From an uncultured Bacteroidales bacterium (GTDB lineage: Bacteria > Bacteroidota > Bacteroidia > Bacteroidales > SZUA-534): a stretch of DNA of 32,671 bases. The stretch is taken from the NCBI GenBank assembly GCA_964424425.1, contig CAYRJP010000001.1, positions 9,782 to 42,452 on the forward strand. The letters are read 5' to 3'. Position numbers and translations under genes: made by a program. Below, piece after piece: positions 30,662 through 32,671 of the stretch (position 1 is its first letter; the number at the start of each line of letters is the position of its first letter). Under the pieces are notes generated by a model, which searched no databases, was not told where the DNA came from, and worked only from the letters and a program-made list of their open reading frames with translations.

Positions 30662-31945
30662 ATGAATAAATATATTTTACATGAATGGTGTATTCAGAAT
30701 GATTTCGTTCATAATACTATATCAAAAGCTAACGGAATCTTTTTTTGGGATAATACTGGTAAAAAATATTTCGATATGTCATCTCAATTTGTTAATTTAA
30801 ATTTGGGTTATAATAATCAAAATGTCATAAATGCTATTATCAAACAAGCTAACAGCTTACCTTATATTGGATCATCATTCTATTTAGATATTCGAATTCA
30901 GGCAGCACGAAAAATAATTGATATTGCTCCCAAAAATATGAGTAAAGTATTTTTTACTAACTCTGGGGCAGAATCAATTGAGAATTCAATTAAGATTTCA
31001 AAACAATTCTCAGGTAAAAACAAAATAATTTCAACATATAATTCATATCATGGAGCCTCATATGGAGCAGCAAATCTTTCTGGTGAGTCACGAAGGTTTG
31101 CTGTAGAACCTGGAATTCCTGGTTTTATAAAATTCTTCAATCCTAATAAATACAGACCTTTTTGTGAGAAACTTACTGAACCTGAATTAACAAATTTACA
31201 TTTAAAATATCTAGAAGAATTAATAATATCAGAAAATAATGAAGATATTGCAGCTATATTTTTGGAAAGTATTATTGGATCAAATGGTGTTATTATTCCT
31301 CCTTACGGATATTTGAAAGGAATTCGTAAACTATGTGATAAATACAATATCTTGATGGTATGTGATGAAGTTATGACTGGTTTTGGAAGAACCGGAAAAT
31401 GGTTTGCTTTTGAACATTGGGGAATACAACCAGATATAATTACTATTGCAAAAAGTATAACAGCAGGATACATCCCTTTTGGTGGTGTAATTGTATCAGA
31501 AAAAATTGAAAATTATTTTAACACTAATTTTTTAAGTTGTGGCTTAACTAATAATTCACACCCAATCGGTTGTGCAGCCACTGTTGCAGCAATTTCTGAA
31601 TATAATAATAAAAAACTCATTAATAATTCAAAAAATCTGGGAGATATACTAACTCTTAGTCTTAAAGAACTTAAGTCAAAATATTCTTGTATTGGTGATG
31701 TAAGATCTATTGGCTTATTTGGTGGAATTGAATTTGTAAATTCACCAGAAAAAAAAGATCCTATTACAATTAAAAATCTAGACACAAAACAATCTATGAA
31801 ATTTATTTTGAAAATATTAAAAGAAAATGGTATATGGACTTTTTTCAAGAATAATGTTTTAATTATAGCTCCCCCACTAATAATACGACAACAAGAACTA
31901 CAAGAATCTTTACAAATAATAGATAAAGTAATATCTAAAATTTGA
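30662..31945 (+). CDS. class-III (omega-type) PLP-dependent aminotransferase
   Basis: 427 aa. NSGAESIENSIKISK, YHGAS.GA, DEVMTGFGRTGKWFAFEHWGIQPDIITIAKSITAGYIPFGG (PLP lysine in IAKS), C-terminus ...LIIAPPLII.... Confidence 0.88.
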   Translation: MNKYILHEWCIQNDFVHNTISKANGIFFWDNTGKKYFDMSSQFVNLNLGYNNQNVINAIIKQANSLPYIGSSFYLDIRIQAARKIIDIAPKNMSKVFFTNSGAESIENSIKISKQFSGKNKIISTYNSYHGASYGAANLSGESRRFAVEPGIPGFIKFFNPNKYRPFCEKLTEPELTNLHLKYLEELIISENNEDIAAIFLESIIGSNGVIIPPYGYLKGIRKLCDKYNILMVCDEVMTGFGRTGKWFAFEHWGIQPDIITIAKSITAGYIPFGGVIVSEKIENYFNTNFLSCGLTNNSHPIGCAATVAAISEYNNKKLINNSKNLGDILTLSLKELKSKYSCIGDVRSIGLFGGIEFVNSPEKKDPITIKNLDTKQSMKFILKILKENGIWTFFKNNVLIIAPPLIIRQQELQESLQIIDKVISKI

Positions 31946-32185
31946 AAATGGTTTCTAAAATTAGTAATTTCTTAAAAATATCTCATTGTTGTTAATCTAA
32001 TAAGAACATAAGCTCTGCTGGAAAACATTATTAGTAATCAAATTAATCTCATATGATAAAGAAAAAACTCTATAAAGGATATTACATAATATTTTTTTGC
32101 TCAAAAAAAATCATTTGTAGTAACATATCCGATACTCATTTTATTTTTAGTGTTCCTTCAGAATTATAAAACTAACCTGAAATAC

Positions 32186-32218
32186 TAAAAAAGCGAAACT
32201 TCACAGTTCCGCTTTTTT
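32186..32218 (-). terminator. intrinsic terminator of gcvP (also the only clear hairpin downstream of the plus-strand operon)
   Basis: AGCGAAAC (32192-32199) / GTTCCGCT (32206-32213), flanked by A6 and T6. The single non-Watson-Crick position is G.U on the minus-strand RNA but A.C on the plus-strand RNA, so the hairpin is better formed for gcvP. Confidence 0.7.
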
Positions 32219-32240
32219 GTATCTAAAATGAAATTACTTT

Positions 32241-32671
32241 CTATTGATACTCACTAATCGGAGCACAGGTGCAAACAAGATTTCTATCGCCGTAACCGTC
32301 ATCAACTCGTGCTACTGCAGGCCAAAACTTATTAAATGTCACCCAATCCAACGGATAAGCTGCACGCAATCTGCTGTATTTGTGGTCCCAATTATCATCA
32401 CTACATTCCAATGCCGTATGTGGAGCATTTTTAAGCAAATTATCGCTTGCATCGGAAACACCGTTTTTAATTTCAATAATCTCTTCCATTATTGAAGCCA
32501 TTGCTTCAGCAAATCTGTCAAGTTCTTCTTTGCTCTCACTTTCGGTAGGCTCTACCATAAGTGTTTCGTGAACAGGAAACGAAAGTGTAGGTGCATGATA
32601 ACCGTAATCCATCAAGCGTTTTGCCACATCAACAGTTTCCACGCCGTATTCCTGACGGAAATGGCGACAAT
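32241..32671 (-). CDS. gcvP: glycine dehydrogenase (decarboxylating), C-terminal part (5' end outside window)
   Basis: ...[43 protein letters not shown]... The frame stays open to the window edge (...[14 protein letters not shown]...). The tracked start at 32642 is an internal GTG. Confidence 0.92.
   Translation of the reverse strand, partial: CRHFRQEYGVETVDVAKRLMDYGYHAPTLSFPVHETLMVEPTESESKEELDRFAEAMASIMEEIIEIKNGVSDASDNLLKNAPHTALECSDDNWDHKYSRLRAAYPLDWVTFNKFWPAVARVDDGYGDRNLVCTCAPISEYQ

Noticed and set aside
29532-31848. Antisense ORFs 29532..29747, 30033..30332 and 31513..31848 inside the AT-rich operon
   Set aside because: They lie opposite CDSs that carry clear catalytic motifs, and their hydrophobic/low-complexity translations mark them as shadow ORFs.
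32053-32169. 38-aa plus-strand ORF (MIKKKLYKGYYIIFFCSKKIICSNISDTHFIFSVPSEL) downstream of the aminotransferase; considered as a possible small peptide or RiPP-like precursor
   Set aside because: It has no leader/cleavage motif such as GG, no adjacent maturation enzymes, and no recognisable promoter. An open frame of this length is not very surprising in about 300 nt x 6 frames. It is worth checking only if ribosome profiling is available.
32244-32571. Plus-strand ORFs 32244..32495 and 32380..32571
   Set aside because: They are antisense to the conserved C-terminal domain of gcvP.

Overview
Low-GC chromosome segment with Bacteroidota-type gene order and few Shine-Dalgarno sites. About 17 kb of the minus strand (8032-25172) is an uninterrupted str-S10-spc-alpha ribosomal supercluster of 32 genes: rpsL-rpsG-fusA-rpsJ-rplCDWB-rpsS-rplV-rpsC-rplP-rpmC-rpsQ-rplNXE-rpsNH-rplFR-rpsE-rpmD-rplO-secY-infA-rpmJ-rpsMKD-rpoA-rplQ. 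It includes a 38-aa rpmJ at 11135-11251 that the ORF track misses. The flanks are housekeeping: a 5'-partial alginate-export-like outer-membrane barrel, ppdK, eno, an rsmA(ksgA)-mgtE-small membrane protein operon, and the 3' end of gcvP. I found no tRNA, rRNA, CRISPR array, transposase or integrase. Two visibly more AT-rich accessory patches interrupt the housekeeping context. (i) 4289-6544 (+) holds a coiled-coil lipoprotein and a 364-aa protein that reads like a Dam-family methyltransferase fold with a destroyed DPPY catalytic motif. Both genes are preceded by the same perfect 17-mer, TAGATTTCTTAAAATTT. (ii) 28141-32240 holds a 600-nt non-coding AT-rich leader bracketed by an 11-bp perfect inverted repeat. 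It is followed by a tightly packed three-gene operon: an atypical GNAT-like protein, a SucD-like CoA-acylating aldehyde dehydrogenase and a class-III (omega) aminotransferase. I could not match this operon to a canonical pathway, and it is my best candidate for an undescribed system (a thioester <-> aldehyde <-> amine, possibly -> N-acyl amine, module). All family calls come from motif recognition by eye and from memory; no searches were run.
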